64,000 nucleotides of DNA from Eledone cirrhosa (lineage: Eukaryota): the NCBI GenBank assembly GCA_964016885.1, contig OZ024743.1:319610001-319674000 (forward strand), written 5' to 3'. Below, one piece after another: positions 1 through 14,127 of the stretch. The notes under the pieces were generated by a model, which saw nothing but the letters and a program-made list of their open reading frames with translations, was not told where the DNA came from and did not search any database. Every line of letters starts with the position of its first letter. Position 1 is the first letter of the stretch. Position numbers and translations under genes: made by a program.

Positions 1-130
1 CTTTATATCCATGTAGAAGAACCCCTACCGATGCGCTGAACGAGTGCGACTTTTTAGTCCAGCCAGCGACTTGAAAACTCTGGTACAAACACTACACTTG
101 TGACAATTATTGACACATAGTGCTGGGCCC
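1..130 (-). mobile_element. RTE LINE 3' fragment (last zinc finger), homologous to 42250-42420
   Basis: CSVCTRVFKSLAGLKS..RSAHR; closely similar to 42290-42418. Confidence 0.8.
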
Positions 131-241
131 ATACATACATACATACATACATACATACATACATACATACATACATACATACATACATACATACATACAT
201 ACTGTATTGTAACTATGAGTAAGATGGACACTTGTACTTAC

Positions 242-351
242 TTTTCCCATAAAAGGTACCAGGTGGTGTTCACAGAGGGAGAACATTTCTATGTCTTTTA
301 CAATAACCATTTCATCATGATCCTCATCAAAAATGGCGTCGTTTAATATAT
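242..351 (-). CDS. GCH1: GTP cyclohydrolase I, coding exon 2 (110 nt); later exons lie outside the window
   Basis: Encodes (D)[36 protein letters not shown] with the zinc-binding CEHH motif. Acceptor TTTCTAG| ends at 352 and donor |GTAAGT starts at 241. Confidence 0.96.
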
Positions 352-523
352 CTAGAAACATGAAATATAGAAATATTAGCGGGAATATAGACAGTGTAGT
401 CGTTCAAAATAATATAAAAATCTTTGTGAATCTTTTATTAAAATCGGTAGTATGTATGTATGTATGTATGTATGTATGTATGTATGTATGTATGTATGTA
501 TGTATGTATGTATGTATGTATGT

Positions 524-1400
524 TTCTCTTTCTCTTAATTTCGAGTACATTTTTGACCGGCCACATTCCTGGTTGTAAAAGAAAATAAATTGTCATCCCT
601 TGAATCGCAAGAATGTTTTGCAAATTTTAAAGGTGACAGTTATCGCAGCCATTTGTAGTCAATGAATTAGGGAGCTGCGCTCTTTGTCCACAAATCCAAG
701 TTCAGTTATACTTTGGTCCAAGCAGGTTGGTATATAACCTGTAGCTCCAATAATGATAGCCATGAAGCTGAAAGTGTATCTTGGATAGTGGATCTGCAAA
801 CTCCTCATCAATGGCCCGTAGATGTCCTCCTTCTCTTGTATTTTTCTTACAACGTTGACATCAAGTGGGCAGCTGATCTCTACAACAGAGCACGTTTTCA
901 ATGTGTGGTCCCAAACAACAATGTTAGGCCCGTTGTGCTTTAATTTGGTGGCTGTTTTTATTTTCACGTTCCACCAGTATTCTTTAGTGCCATCTATCTC
1001 AACATATTCCTCCTCATTTGTTTTTAGTTTTGTTTTCCTTTGTGTGTTCCAGATGGTTCTAGCTATCACATCGTATCTCATAGGGAGGTAGTAGCGAGAC
1101 GACATTCTTTCGCAGTTGGCAACAATGTGGCTAACATCTTCAATCTTTGTTTTACAAAGCCTATATTTATTGTCGACTGATGGCCCTCCTCTTTTGTGTA
1201 GCAGATATTTGGTAGGGATTTCTTGTTCCTAAATTGCAAAGAGATATCCTTCAAGGTGGGATGTCATAAACTTGACGGAGCTCCATGCCAGGTCTTTTGA
1301 ATGATTATTCACTCTATGATCTGTGTTTTTCGTCTCAGGTACCCATGCAAAACTTTCTCTGTACATTGGTGCATTTTTTAAATTTTGTTCGAACATTGAA
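524..1400 (-). mobile_element. R4/NeSL-type RLE LINE 3' fragment (zinc knuckle plus restriction-like endonuclease)
   Basis: C/YRLCKTKIEDVSHIVANC..YLPMRYD..KHNGPNIVVWD..CSVVEISCP..K..Y. The 3' end abuts (TACA)n. The same 3' end occurs at about 2490-2570. Confidence 0.88.
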
Positions 1401-1559
1401 TAGGATGTATGTATGAATATATGTATGAATGTATGTAAGTATGTATGTATGTAAGTATGTATGTATGTATGGATGTGTGTGTGTATGAATGCATGTTTGT
1501 ATGTATGTAAGCATGTGTATATGTATGATTATATGTGTGTTTTATACGTATGAATGTAC

Positions 1560-2465
1560 ATATTCAACGGTGTCATGCAAGGCGACATACCTGCAACCAC
1601 TCTGTTCCCCATCTACTTTGCCGTGCTGCTGAGATATGCCTTCCAACACTTCGAAATCAGTGAATACTTGTAAATTAAAGCCTCTGGCAAAGTCTTTAAT
1701 CTAAAGCAGTTGAACACCAAGTCCAAAACATTTGGCACTCTTGTTAGGTAGGGAGTTCCTGTATTCTGATGATGCAGATTTTGTGGCTCACACAGAGGGC
1801 ATGCAGTTGTTATTGGGCACCTTCAATGCATGCACTGCGTTCGGGCTAAATATTAGCATAAAAAAGACTAAGTATCATGGTATTGCTGGTCATTGGCAAG
1901 TCCCTAGCAGGACTTAAAAGCCACGTCCGTAATGCTCATGCTTACATATCAAGCATTAAACGAAATCGAGTTGCGGCCATCATGTATCTATATATGTACG
2001 GGACGGCATTGCCTAAGATCGATCATCTTCGAGACGAAAACAGTGTTTAATGGGAAGCAAGGATTAAAAAAATTTCGTGCGGAGCATGAAAAATTAAAGA
2101 GGGGGTCTGCGTAAGAGTCTAGACGATATTACTTTTTCTGGATTTTGCGATGCTCAAAGTGACTTTATGTGCTATGAGTGTGGCCGGATTTGCCTCAGCA
2201 ATGTACAAAATATTTCCGATTATGGTCTCTTGGCAGTTATTCACGTCGGACTGTGGTAAACAATGTACTTCAACAGGTAGACCTCAAAGCCATTTGAAAA
2301 CTCACGAAAACGAAACGGAACCAACGTAGAATTAATGTTCATCATTGCAGCATATGTAGAAAGGAATGTAAATCCTTTGACGGGCTAAAGAATCATTCTC
2401 GTGCCACCCATATATGACGGGGATCAGGTGGTGGGAAATTCTTTAAATCGAGAAGCAGTCTTCAG
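1560..2465 (+). mobile_element. Decayed RTE (BovB-like) LINE fragment
   Basis: NGVMQGDIPATTLF, FLYSDDADF and remnants of the C-terminal zinc fingers; homologous to 47.9-49.3 kb. Confidence 0.8.
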
Positions 2466-3828
2466 GTGTGTATGTAATGTATGTATATATGTATCTCTTT
2501 CTCTTAATTTCGAGTACATTTTTGACCGGCCACCATTCTGGTGGCAAGGTTCTAAAAGAAAAGAAGTTGTCATACATATATGCATGTTTCTATGTATGTA
2601 TGTAATGGGCGGAGGAACTCAGCAGAGTCGACGGCCATCCAAATAGTATTTTTTTTTACCTGGGAGTGAAAGGCCCTCAGATAGTGTCACAACACGTTTC
2701 TAGGAGAGGGGAAACTCTGAAAAAAAACAAAAAAACTTGCGGCTTCGGAAGCATCCAATGATGTTGACCAGTTCTCCTGTTCGGGTAGTGTTTTCGATGC
2801 TCAGAGAGTGGGACTGGTCGAGTACAAGGCCTTTCCCCCACTTAAAAAACCTTCAAAGCACAGACATTGCTTGTTCAGGATATATTACAGGTTCATGTGG
2901 CTGGCCGTAGCCTAAAAGTGCACCATTTTCTGTAATCTGACAAGCGATTGCAATACTCTTAGCAGAGTTTACAGCGATCATGTATGTAATGCAATGTATG
3001 TATGTAATGTATGTATATATGTATGTAATGCAATGTATATATGTAATGTATGTAATGTATGTATATATGTATGGCCAATAGTGTCTTCTGGGACCAATCA
3101 ATGAATAGTTGTAACATTCTTTCGTTCGATTGATGTTTCTCTCTGACGGACCCTGAGGCAAAATCCATTAGGGGCATGTTACTTCATGGTCCCAGCAGAT
3201 GAAATTAAAAGGCGTTCAAATAACGGAACAGCTTGTGAAATTAACGTGCACATAGCTGAGCCTTCTACAGACACGATTATATTTAACGTTATTCTCAGTA
3301 TGTGTGATTTTGTAGGACTTGGTCAGTTCTGACAGTGAGTGTTTCAGTTGCTCGAAAAATAGAACAGCCTAACCATAAAAATGACCGTGAAAGTGGCTGA
3401 GCATTCCACAGACACGTGCACCCTTAACGTACTTCTCTGAGAGCTCAGTGTGACACAGTAGGTGATGAAGCTTATCCTTTGGATTACTGATACAGCACGT
3501 TTTTTTCCAGTGGAGTGGACTGGAGCCACTTGAAATAAAGTGTCATGCTCGAGGACCCAGCACTTCACTGGGAATCGAAATTACGATTCCACAATCGTGA
3601 ACCGGACACTCTAACCAATAACCCACGCGCCATCACACACAGTTTTGTAATTATATAATTTCAGATTGAACAAGGTGATCATTTATTTTCAAGTGCGGTA
3701 ATTTATTTTATGGAAGATACTTTTTATAACTTATTTGTTTGTATTTTAGTTTATTACTGTAACATTTGCGATTGTTGCCTATTTATTTCAATCGAAGCTG
3801 TTTGTTGTTGTCTATATCACTAGTGAAG

Positions 3829-4080
3829 ACGCGGAGCTTAGTGGTTAGGGAATTGGATTCGTAATCGTGAGGTTGGAAGTTCTATTCCTGGACCGGGTGA
3901 TGCGTAATGTCATTGAGCAAGGCACTTTATTCCATGTTGCTCCTTCTGCCGGGAGTTGTGAATAATAGATAGTATCAGCAATGGAAAAAAAACAATGGAA
4001 ACAAAACTTTCCTTGGTCCGATTTATCGAGTTCTACCCTACTCGGTAAGCAAATGAGGCCTGGGATCTTTTCGATCGTCA
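3829..4080 (+). mobile_element. tRNA-derived CORE-like SINE family B (representative copy). Others near 3230-3630, 5840-6080, 7180-7450, 16120-16420, 25270-25480, 35390-35720, 35930-36150, 53350-53610
   Basis: GCTTAGTGGTTAGG..GTTC(G/T)ATTCC head followed by the CORE-like (C)TTGAGCAAG(A/G)CACTTTATT. Confidence 0.8.
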
Positions 4081-4655
4081 TTACTTCCTTCCTTCCTTTC
4101 TATATCACTCAACCATCCAGTCAATGATCCTGAACTCCTCATATGATCGCAGAAAGTGAGCTAAAGAATTGACTTCGGTTGATAAGTGTAATGTTGGGTT
4201 TTTTAAGTCTATTTACGTGGGAAAATTTGCTCCTGATATACGAGTATTGTAAATATTAATTCCTAAATTAGATCAAAGTCAAAAACGTATAACGATGATG
4301 TATAGTTGACGAAATCGATCCCTGTATTCACATTTGGATCAAAGCATCTAAGCAATTAGACGTCCTGGGCTAGAAAAACATTTGGGACACCCAACACCTT
4401 CTCACAAGAAACTTAAAGAAAATTTAAAGCACATAGAATGATGCTGAGATTCCAGTATCGGTTTATGTCGATCCATAAAATAAAGGTGGCCCTAACCCCG
4501 ATTCCAACCCCAAATAAATGTATTTAAAACAATTATATTTTAAATTTGTCAAAAATTTCGTGTTCCATAAATTTTCGTATATTTTAAAACAGGATGAGTG
4601 TTCCAAGCCTGTAAGGCCCACATAGCCCATATATACATGCGGTACTGTATATACC

Positions 4656-4692
<37 letters not shown>

Positions 4693-5561
4693 GTAAACCT
4701 GGTTAAATATAGTTAAAATATATACTGGAGTCGATATGATCAAGTAAATCCATTTAAGTCTAATGACCGAACCAATAAATAAACGAATAAAAGCATTAAA
4801 AGATTACAGTATTTCTATTATAGAGGTGAAAAACAAACAAAAATGTGACTGATTTGTCTGTCTGTCTGTCTGTCTAGCTAACATCTATCTATCTAACGTC
4901 TATTTATCAATCTAACTTTCAGATACAAAATTCTTTCCTATTCAGACTTTTTTTCACGATGTCTATTTATTTATTTATTTTTCTTTCTTTATCTATTTTT
5001 TATTTGTTTGTTTATTCATCTATCTATTTATTTATTTATCTATTTATTTTGAATGTTGACTCCTACCACGTCATTTGGGTGGAGGAGAATGAATAATTTT
5101 TCTTTAAAGATTTCTTTAAGAAAACTAAACGCTGAGAGATTTTTACTGTCAAGTCGTTAGTTTTGCATTCTGCAGACTAATTCAAAGAAAAATGAAAGAA
5201 AAGACAAAAAGAAAATAAGGAAAAAGAAAGAAAGTATTTCTTCACAATAGCAACCAGTAGAAGTGTCTCCAACATGTGACATTTTGTAATTCTTGTGAAG
5301 TGAACAGTCGTCTCTCAAAGCTACTGATGCTATTTCCAAGCGATTGAGTTGGGGGGGGGGGGGGGGTAGCAGAGATTTATAGGAAGGCAGCAAGCAGCCA
5401 AGTTTGCTGTCTCAAACATTAATCAATAATTTATGCTCACCAACATAGGTGGCCTGCATTATTGATGAAGTATACTGATTAACTATTGCCTGTTATTCTT
5501 TACAACGGTCCATCTGTTCATCTTATTGTCAAACATGATCTCATGAATATGTCCACGAAAT

Positions 5562-5596
<35 letters not shown>

Positions 5597-8164
5597 GTCT
5601 ATTATATTTTTTTAATTAATTATTCTGGAACTATATAATATGAGGATTAATAATTTGTAATTGAAAGAATGAGGGAATTAAAGTGATGTTCCACAAACTA
5701 TTAGATTGTGGTCCAGCTGTAACTTAATATAGAAACAAAATAAAGAAATAGAAAGTTATAAGGTGGGCGGAGAACAGAAAGCCAAGAAAGCAGCTTTGAA
5801 AATCAAAATTCTTAAAAAAAAAATATGGAATACAAGATTCCAGACCTCGTTCGTTTACTGAGTGGGATGGAATTCGTCAGATCGGACGAAAATAACAATG
5901 TTTTCCGTTGGTCTTTCCAATTGTTAATACTATCTATCAGTCGCAACTCCCAACCTAAGGATCAACGTGAAATAAAGTGTCTTGCTCAAGGATGTAATGC
6001 ATCGCCCGACACTGGAATCGAACTCACAACCTCACGATTGGGAATCTACGTCTCTAAGCACTAAGTAACGTGCCTTCACAAGTAGAGTAGAGTAGAATAA
6101 GAAAAACAAAAGCAAAACAAAACAGTTTACAGTTTTACTTTTATATGTCGAGGTTAGAAGGCCTTTTTTAAAAAGATAAAAAATAAGAAATGTTGTGTGG
6201 TGTTACTTTACTCTAGTTTTCATTCTTGAGTTTATAATTCCAAACACAATCTCACATTAAATCATCTTATTCTAAGACAATCACATTATACACCAATATA
6301 AAAACAATACAGATGACAAAACAAGATACAACTGTGATACGTAACAATGGTTTCACATTTAGGCAGAAGGCCAACAATTTTCGTGGAGGGGTAAGTTTAT
6401 TAAATCGACCCCAGTACGTTACTGGTACTTTATTTTATCGACCCCGTAAAGATGAAAGGAAAAGCTAACCATTGTGGGATTTGAAATCAGAACGTAAAGG
6501 GCTGCAACTCTGTGCCGCGAATTATGATGTCCGATGCTCTACCGATACTAATGATTCACCGCCCTACTGAGATATGTAATAATGAAATGGAGAGGCTAAG
6601 TTGATAAATTGCTGAATTATTGGATAATGTAAATATGGTTTCAAGCCTTATCAGTGATATTCAGCTTATCTTGTTTGTGTAAGCATTATTAAAGTGGCGT
6701 AATTTTCTAACTGTAATAAAAAAAAAGCAATAAGAAAAAGAGAAAATGTATTAGGCGACAGTACAACTCAATATCGTTACCCCAGTGATGGGTCCTGAGC
6801 GGTGTGGGGGAATATAGCTTATAAGATCCACCTAATGAATAAACAATGGGCACTGAATTCTGAGGAAGGAGTAAATTATTTTACTGATTATTAGAAAAAA
6901 ATATATCGCATTCTCCCAAACAGGTGGCAGCAATGTGTTCTATGATGTTGAGAAAGACACTTGACCCAGAGTGCTCCACTCCACGTAATTATTAATAAGG
7001 TCAATTGTGGAGTACAGCTAGCTTGCCATAGCAAACAGTAATACAAGTTTATTACCTATTATTATTCTTTAGTTAATTTACAGTTTTTATTATAAGTCAT
7101 CTCACAGGTTTGGGGAAAGCAATTGGAAAACTACTTCAGACTACAACTAGGAAAATAATTTCACTTATGCTCACTTCCGTCAGTTACGAAGATAAGTATT
7201 CCAGTTGTTAAATTAACCTGCAAGTAGCTGAGAATTCCACAGACACATGTACCCATAACGTATTTCTCAGACAATTCAGAGTGACATAGTGTGTTGGGCT
7301 AGGCTGGTCCTTTGAATCACAAGTACAAGAAATTCAGTGTGTGATATGGCTAGTCCTTTGATTTACAGATGCAGCTAATGTTTGCCAGGACTGGAGTAAC
7401 GTGATATAAAGTGTCATGCTCAAAGACACATCGCACCACCGGGAATCAATACCCTCTAGCCCTGTGGTTTCCACTAGTGTGCCGCGAGATATAATCTGAT
7501 GAACCGTGAAAGGTAATTAGGTGCGTCGCAATATGCAATTATGTGGGCCACAAATGAGCAAGATTCTATTTCACAATATAAAAAATATAAATTGGAATTC
7601 GTATTAAAGTTCATATATCACTGTCAAATTAGGAAAGTCAAAACATAGCAATCAAAAACAAAACAAAAAGAACCCCACCAAGTGGGGTTCTCTTTGGTAA
7701 ATTAGTTCCATTTATTGTCTAAAGAATGAAGTATAAATATATTTACTGTACTGCATTTTTAATCATTTATATTTCTATCTTATGCTATGCTAATATGAAT
7801 AAGTATCTCTTGAATAAATTGTTAAATTTAGGTTTAAGTGCACAAAAATATTTGTACGTTTTCTAAAGTATATAGTAAGTAAAAGAAGGAATGTGAATCA
7901 TTGCTACAATCACTAACCGTCACATTCTCACAACCTTAAACGTGTTGCTGGATTTCGCTTACAAAATACCATGAACTTTTGTTACAACCCAATATATACA
8001 CTCAAGTCAATAGAACACATTTCTTTTGATACATGCCATAGGTGTAAGTGTCGCTGTTGAACAACATTTCACACACAAGAATAGATGTAAACAAACACAA
8101 ACATGTACACCAGGTCCCAAAACAGAGGAGCCGAACTCCCACTGTCATCACCTCCATCTCTCAC

Positions 8165-8465
8165 TATTATGAGCAAATGATATCCCGGCGAACAGAATAG
8201 AGAAGGCGTTTCCTCGGAGGATGGTGAGGGAGATGTACTGGAAGAGCAATTTCAGCTCTATGGTGGTGAGTAGGGAGGTAGCCCTTGGGCCAAGGACACC
8301 AGAAGTTTCCACTGCTAGGGGTTTGACTGCAAGCCTGTCGGAGAGCGAACGATACTTGGAGAGTTTACCCTCCTCAGCCCGAAGTATATCAGAGCCTGGG
8401 TTAGTCGCAGACTACACCAGGTTTCTACTGGAGAATGTGTCACTGCATGTGGCATCCCAGACGAG
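8165..8465 (-). mobile_element. CRE-like RLE LINE C-terminal fragment
   Basis: WDATCSDTF..AEEGKLSKYRSLS..KPLAVETSGVLGP..LFQYISLTILRGNA. Confidence 0.75.
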
Positions 8466-10097
8466 GAGTTTACCAACGTGTTACTTTTGAGGAAAATGCA
8501 TTTATAAAAGCGTTCTTTTGGTTGGTCTATTAGTTTTATTTATGAAGGTTTTGAAAAGAAACACACTGCTCAATGCTAGACTATAAAGGATTCGATATTA
8601 TATGAATAAGGAATAGGTGATTGTTCCGGTCTTAATAACTGATATTTCGATTTCTGACTTTATAAAAATGGAAGAATAATAATTCTGATTTGAAATTATG
8701 ATTTTGAGATACATTAATGATTAACTGGATTCAGCTGAAGCAGAGCAGAGAAGAAGGATGAGAAACACAGATATAATGGAAAAACTACGACATATAGGAG
8801 ATTTTAATTCAGCAATTGGCGTAACAAATAAGTAGAGAACAGAATGAATAATTTATCGAATATCTTCCTATTATCTTCATCGCCGCAAGCATATAGTGCA
8901 GGCCTGATTTATACTTCTGGTGGGGGGAGAAAAGGGTTGTAGCTTAGAGGAAATATATTCTATCACTAGATAACTTTTTGTCATGTTTTCTGTATACTGA
9001 GGTGAAAGCGGGAAATGGGCACTGTCATTAGAGCGTCGGATAGAATCATTTGCGGTAATTGTTTCTGCCTTTCAAGGTCGATAAAAAAGTGCTGTACTGG
9101 AGTCAATTCCCCCCCACCCACATACGCATACACACACACTCTCTCTCTCAGTTTCTATCTTTCTCTGGAAGAAATCTGATGTGTTCAGATCTGGAGAGGG
9201 GATGGGCTCCACAGGACTTTAAAATGTCCAGGTAACACTGTGTGCCACTAAAGCGCTTCTACGACTCCACGGGTTTACGGGACCATACATACATATATTG
9301 AGGTGATATCATTGACGTATATATATTCGGTTTTGCCTGTGATTTAAAGACAAAATTTCTTCCCTTTACATTAAGTGCAGGTAAAAGTTTAAAATGATTC
9401 TATTAATTCTCATAAAGTTCAGAATTTATCAACAGAAAATTCTTCTTGTTTCTTTTTATGCACGTACAGGAAGACAAGCTCATCACACTGGTGATAGCAC
9501 AAATATTTCACCCCACTCGGTGATCGAATGGTGTTTAGAGTCTTGTCGATCGATTCCATCATTATGTTTACATAATTGTTTCTACTTTTGGCACAAGGCC
9601 AGCAATTACTCAAGTGCGTGACTGGTACTTTATTTTATCGACCCCGTAAGGATGAAAGGCAAAATTAACCTCGGCGGGTTTTGAACTCAGATCATAAAGG
9701 GTCGTAACTCTATGCTACAAAGCATGGCGTCCGTCTCTGTACCGATACTGCCAAATGTTTACAGAATAAAGATAAATTTGAGCTCAGCGAGATTCAATCT
9801 CGCCACTTAGAATGTTTACCTTAAATAATGACTGAAATATTAAATGTTTGCATAATACGGATAAAAACTCGACAGAAGTCAAATTCATAACTTACATGTG
9901 TACATTTGAAGAAAGAAATAGGAAGAAAGATGAAAATCGGAAGCTGGCCAGTATTAGGATCGAATCTACGATGATCGCAGTATTAGCACAATATTCTATT
10001 TACCTGCGTTAACTATTATGACCTTGAGTTTAGCTTAAACGTTAAAGAATACCCACATACGTACATACAGACAAACATATATCATATTACACACACA

Positions 10098-10219
<122 letters not shown>

Positions 10220-10231
10220 CCTATATATGTA

Positions 10232-10392
10232 GGCAGCGAATTGGCAGAGTGGCTAAGACGTCGGATAGAATACTTTGCGGGTTTCATCCCAACTCATTGC
10301 TCGCTCTGAGTTCAAATCCCGCCGAGTTCAACTTTGCCTTTCATCCTTTCGAGGTCGATAAAAAAGTACCAGTCTACTACTTGGGTCGATTC
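10232..10392 (+). mobile_element. tRNA-derived SINE family A (representative copy). Others near 6350-6570, 9575-9755, 10805-11025, 12545-12750, 17110-17300, 21200-21390, 33640-33850, 36515-36715, 38130-38460
   Basis: A-box TGGCAGAGTGG, B-box GAGTTCAAATCCC, core GCCTTTCATCC..GGTCGATAAAATAAAGTACCAG (MetaSINE-domain-like). Full copies have the tail GGCCTTGTGCC..AGAAACAATTATT. Confidence 0.85.
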
Positions 10393-11593
10393 TTCGTCTA
10401 TAGAAAGAATTGGCTGTGTTCAGACCTGGTGAGGTGCCCAAGACACGCCTTATGACGGTGCCTCTACGACTCCACAAGGAGTTATGGGATCTTTATATAT
10501 ATACATATACACAGACAAACACACACGTATGTATATATGTATATATGTGTGTACATGTATATATATATATATTCCCACACTCACCCATATATATGTTGTG
10601 TAATGTCCTTGACGTACTCCACATTTTATACAACCACATATTAATACTTGCACACTGACGCCTGTGGCTGTATAAAATGTAATATACGTTTAAAAACATC
10701 TTATTATGGATGAATGTGTCCTAGTGTCGAATATATGACCACATTTATCAGCTTTGTGCGTTCTTGAATAAATAGGAAACCTTCCCCAAACCGCTGGTCG
10801 TGTGTCGGTGGTTTGGCAGTATCAGTAGTGGATCGGATACTATGCTTTGCAGCATAGAGTTATGGCCCTTTGCGGTCTAATTCAAATTCTGTCGTGGTTA
10901 ACTTTGACTTTCATCCTTCTGGGCTCGATAAAATAAAGTACCAGTAATGAACTGAGGCTCGATTTAATCGATTTTCACCCCCGCTAAAATTGTTGGGCTT
11001 GTTACTAAATCAGAAACCATTATTGGTGGTTGTGGAGGTACTTTTGTTGTTACTGCTCCTGCATCCGTTTCTGCCTGCATGCCACATATTATTCCTACAT
11101 TTTACACTTTTGTAACAGCTACAGAAATTTATCATATCTTGTGCGCTTTACAAAAAGGGGATGGGTTTTAATGTTTTTCATTTAGGCGAATAAGATACAT
11201 TTTCCCGTACTTGTTTAACTTATTTACATTCAACCAAAATGTAGGGCAGATGCAACGACCCCAAAAAAAGAAAAACGTGGAAAGAACCTCACAAAAACAA
11301 ACAAAAAAGAAGGAATGAAAGAATGATATGCCTGTAGATTTTAATGCTAGTAAGAACAGTTTTAGCGATACTTTTGTCAACAACAACAACATCAACACTT
11401 ATGCACATATTTTACCGTTGGTGGCATGAGACGCTGTTTTGTCGATAATGGCTGTTAAATGAAACGCTTCGATATAGAGAGAATTCCGTCGGAGAAGGAA
11501 GCTGGGCAGTATGTCACAACAGCGGTCTTTATCCAAGAACGGAAAACACAAAAAATAATATAACTTTCAATCTGTTGACTGATGATATATAAC

Positions 11594-11766
11594 TCTAGCC
11601 CTTCTGTGTCTCCTCAACGTCACAGTCTGTGACCTTATTAATAAATCTAGCCCCTCAGTGTCTCCCCTTCGTCACAATCAGTGACCTTATCAACGAATCT
11701 AGGCCCTCTTTGTTTTTTCTTCGTCAGTCTGTGATATTATCAGCCCTCTGTGTCTCCTCTTCGTCA
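11594..11766 (+). repeat. About 50-bp degenerate tandem repeat (3-4 copies)
   Basis: TCTAGCCC..TGTCTCC..CGTCACA..GTGACCTTAT recurs. Confidence 0.7.
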
Positions 11767-12194
11767 AACGGACAGAAAAGATGAAATGAAAATAGAGTAA
11801 GTGAGAACGAAGAGGAGACATAGTAGGCAGGAGGAGATGCAGGCGATGAGGAAAGGGTTTTGACATAGTTCAACGGCATCAACAGCAAAGGGACTGTCAG
11901 TGATCTGTCAACAGAAACCGAATGAATTTTTCCACGATGACGAAAAGCATTCATATATACATTGTAAGCCTAGTGCACATGTGCCAGAGCATTGCTAGGG
12001 CGAAAATCATTAACAGTGATATAGACTGCTGGTTCTTTGTTAAACACTTCTGGATGCACCATGCCCCAGCACGAATAATATAATGCCGTCGAATATTCTC
12101 ATCAGTGAGTGGGTAGATTTGCCTTATGTGTTTGTATTTGTAGTTTTTTTATTATTCAATTGTGTGTGTGTCTGTCTGTCTATGTGTGTAAGTA

Positions 12195-12389
12195 TGAGGA
12201 TTAGCTGAAAAGTTCACATGTTGACCAAGATACTCTCATAGAATGACCAAATGAGACTTATTTTTCAACATAGTCCCCGGACAGAAACAATGTAAATAGT
12301 AAGAAGCGTTGAAATTAATGCATGCAAGATTTCACAAAACTAGCATTACTCCTTCATAGTCAGCTTATGAACTTTTCAGCCGAACCTCG
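12195..12389. mobile_element. Tc1/mariner-type MITE
   Basis: Imperfect terminal inverted repeats of about 30 bp (GAGGATTAGCTGAAAAGTTCA / TGAACTTTTCAGCCGAACCTCG), with TA at the left end. Confidence 0.7.
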
Positions 12390-12995
12390 TCTGTGTGTGG
12401 GGGCGTATCATGGATCATTCTAAGGGATATATGTGATAATGATGAAAATAGATATTGTAGATATTCTCTTTTTACCCGATGTGTGTTCCCTTCGATATAT
12501 TCAGAATACTGGTTGTTATATAATTACAAAGTTCATGGCATGGGTTGGCAGTATAAGTAGAGCATCGGATACCATGTTTCGTGGCATAAATTTACCGCCC
12601 TTTACGTACTGATTTCGAATCCCTCTGAAATCAGCTTTCCCCTTCATCCTTACGTGGTCGATAAAATAAAGTACCAGTAACGTACTAGGGTCGATTTAAT
12701 CGACTTTCCCCTCACCAAAAATTGTTGGCCTTGTGCTTAAATCAGAAGCCATATATATATACATAGTCTAATTATCCAACACCTATGTTCGATATAATTT
12801 ATTTTTATTTAGTTATGACTTTCTCTAACTGTTTCAGTACTTCATTCAATTACAATCACACGAACTTACGTAATATATGTAATTTTATGAAGTCCGCTTA
12901 TAAATGTTGGACTTCATAAAATTACCTATATTACGTAAGTATTAGAATGACGTAATTAAATAAAGAGAAATGTCCCAGAAAGAAAGTTCTTGTGA

Positions 12996-13033
<38 letters not shown>

Positions 13034-13485
13034 TTGAACCACAAAGTTACTAAGACAAAACCTATATATTTGCTAGCATTGATATGCATCTGTATGTATA
13101 TATATGTTACTAGATATATTAATTCTTTATAATTATCTCCAAATTATTTGTCGAGCAATATTGGCCAAGACTGCTGCTATGGTAGCAGGCAGGCCGCTGT
13201 CTTCTTAACAAACCACTTTCCACTGATTGACCTCGATGTCACGTGATTGATTCTTTTTGAATTTGCCACCGACGCAGTAGGCAGTGATTTTTTCAATGGT
13301 TAGGAATTCAGTCCACGCTTTGCTATTTTCTATCCACTGAATTATTTTTGTATAAGTTTCCAGAGTCCACGCTTTGCCTGGATACTTAGCTGAGAATAGA
13401 CTTCCCTGACGACGAAATGATTCTCTATATTTTCTTCGGAAAAATTTTAGTAAGTAAGTTAATTTTATAATTTTCTTATTTTACG

Positions 13486-13567
<82 letters not shown>

Positions 13568-13578
13568 GTGGTGAGAAA

Positions 13579-13657
<79 letters not shown>

Positions 13658-13804
13658 TCCTGATGATTTCATATGAATGAAACAATTCTAGTCCTGTAGC
13701 AGTCATTTTTATATAAAATAAAAAATGTCTATACTCTACCATTGTATTAAATAACTTTTTAACTGTGATCACCTCCCCACTCAGACACAACTCAGGGATC
13801 TACA

Positions 13805-13841
<37 letters not shown>

Positions 13842-14127
13842 GTCAATACTCATCTTTTTCCATTTCTTAGAGGGTTCATATGTTCACTATCAGGCTAAAA
13901 TGTCTTTAGTCAAAAATACGGCGAAAGCTTCTATTTCTAATTTCAAACTTGCTCGGTCTTTCAAAACAAACTTGCTTGTCATATATATATATATGTGTGC
14001 GCGCGCGCGTGTGTGTATGTGTGTGTGTATGTGCGTGTGTGTGTGTATGTGTGAGTGTGTGTGTGTATCCCGGGTTCAATAGGGGGTAGCCACAGTAAGT
14101 AAGGTACTCAATACATAGCAAAGTATA

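Noticed and set aside
10232-10325. tRNA gene-like A and B boxes
   Set aside because: No cloverleaf, and it continues into SINE core sequence, so it is a SINE head.
11410-11954. Possible alternative first exon of GCH1 or nested gene
   Set aside because: No GCH1 similarity, weak splice signals, and partly a tandem repeat.
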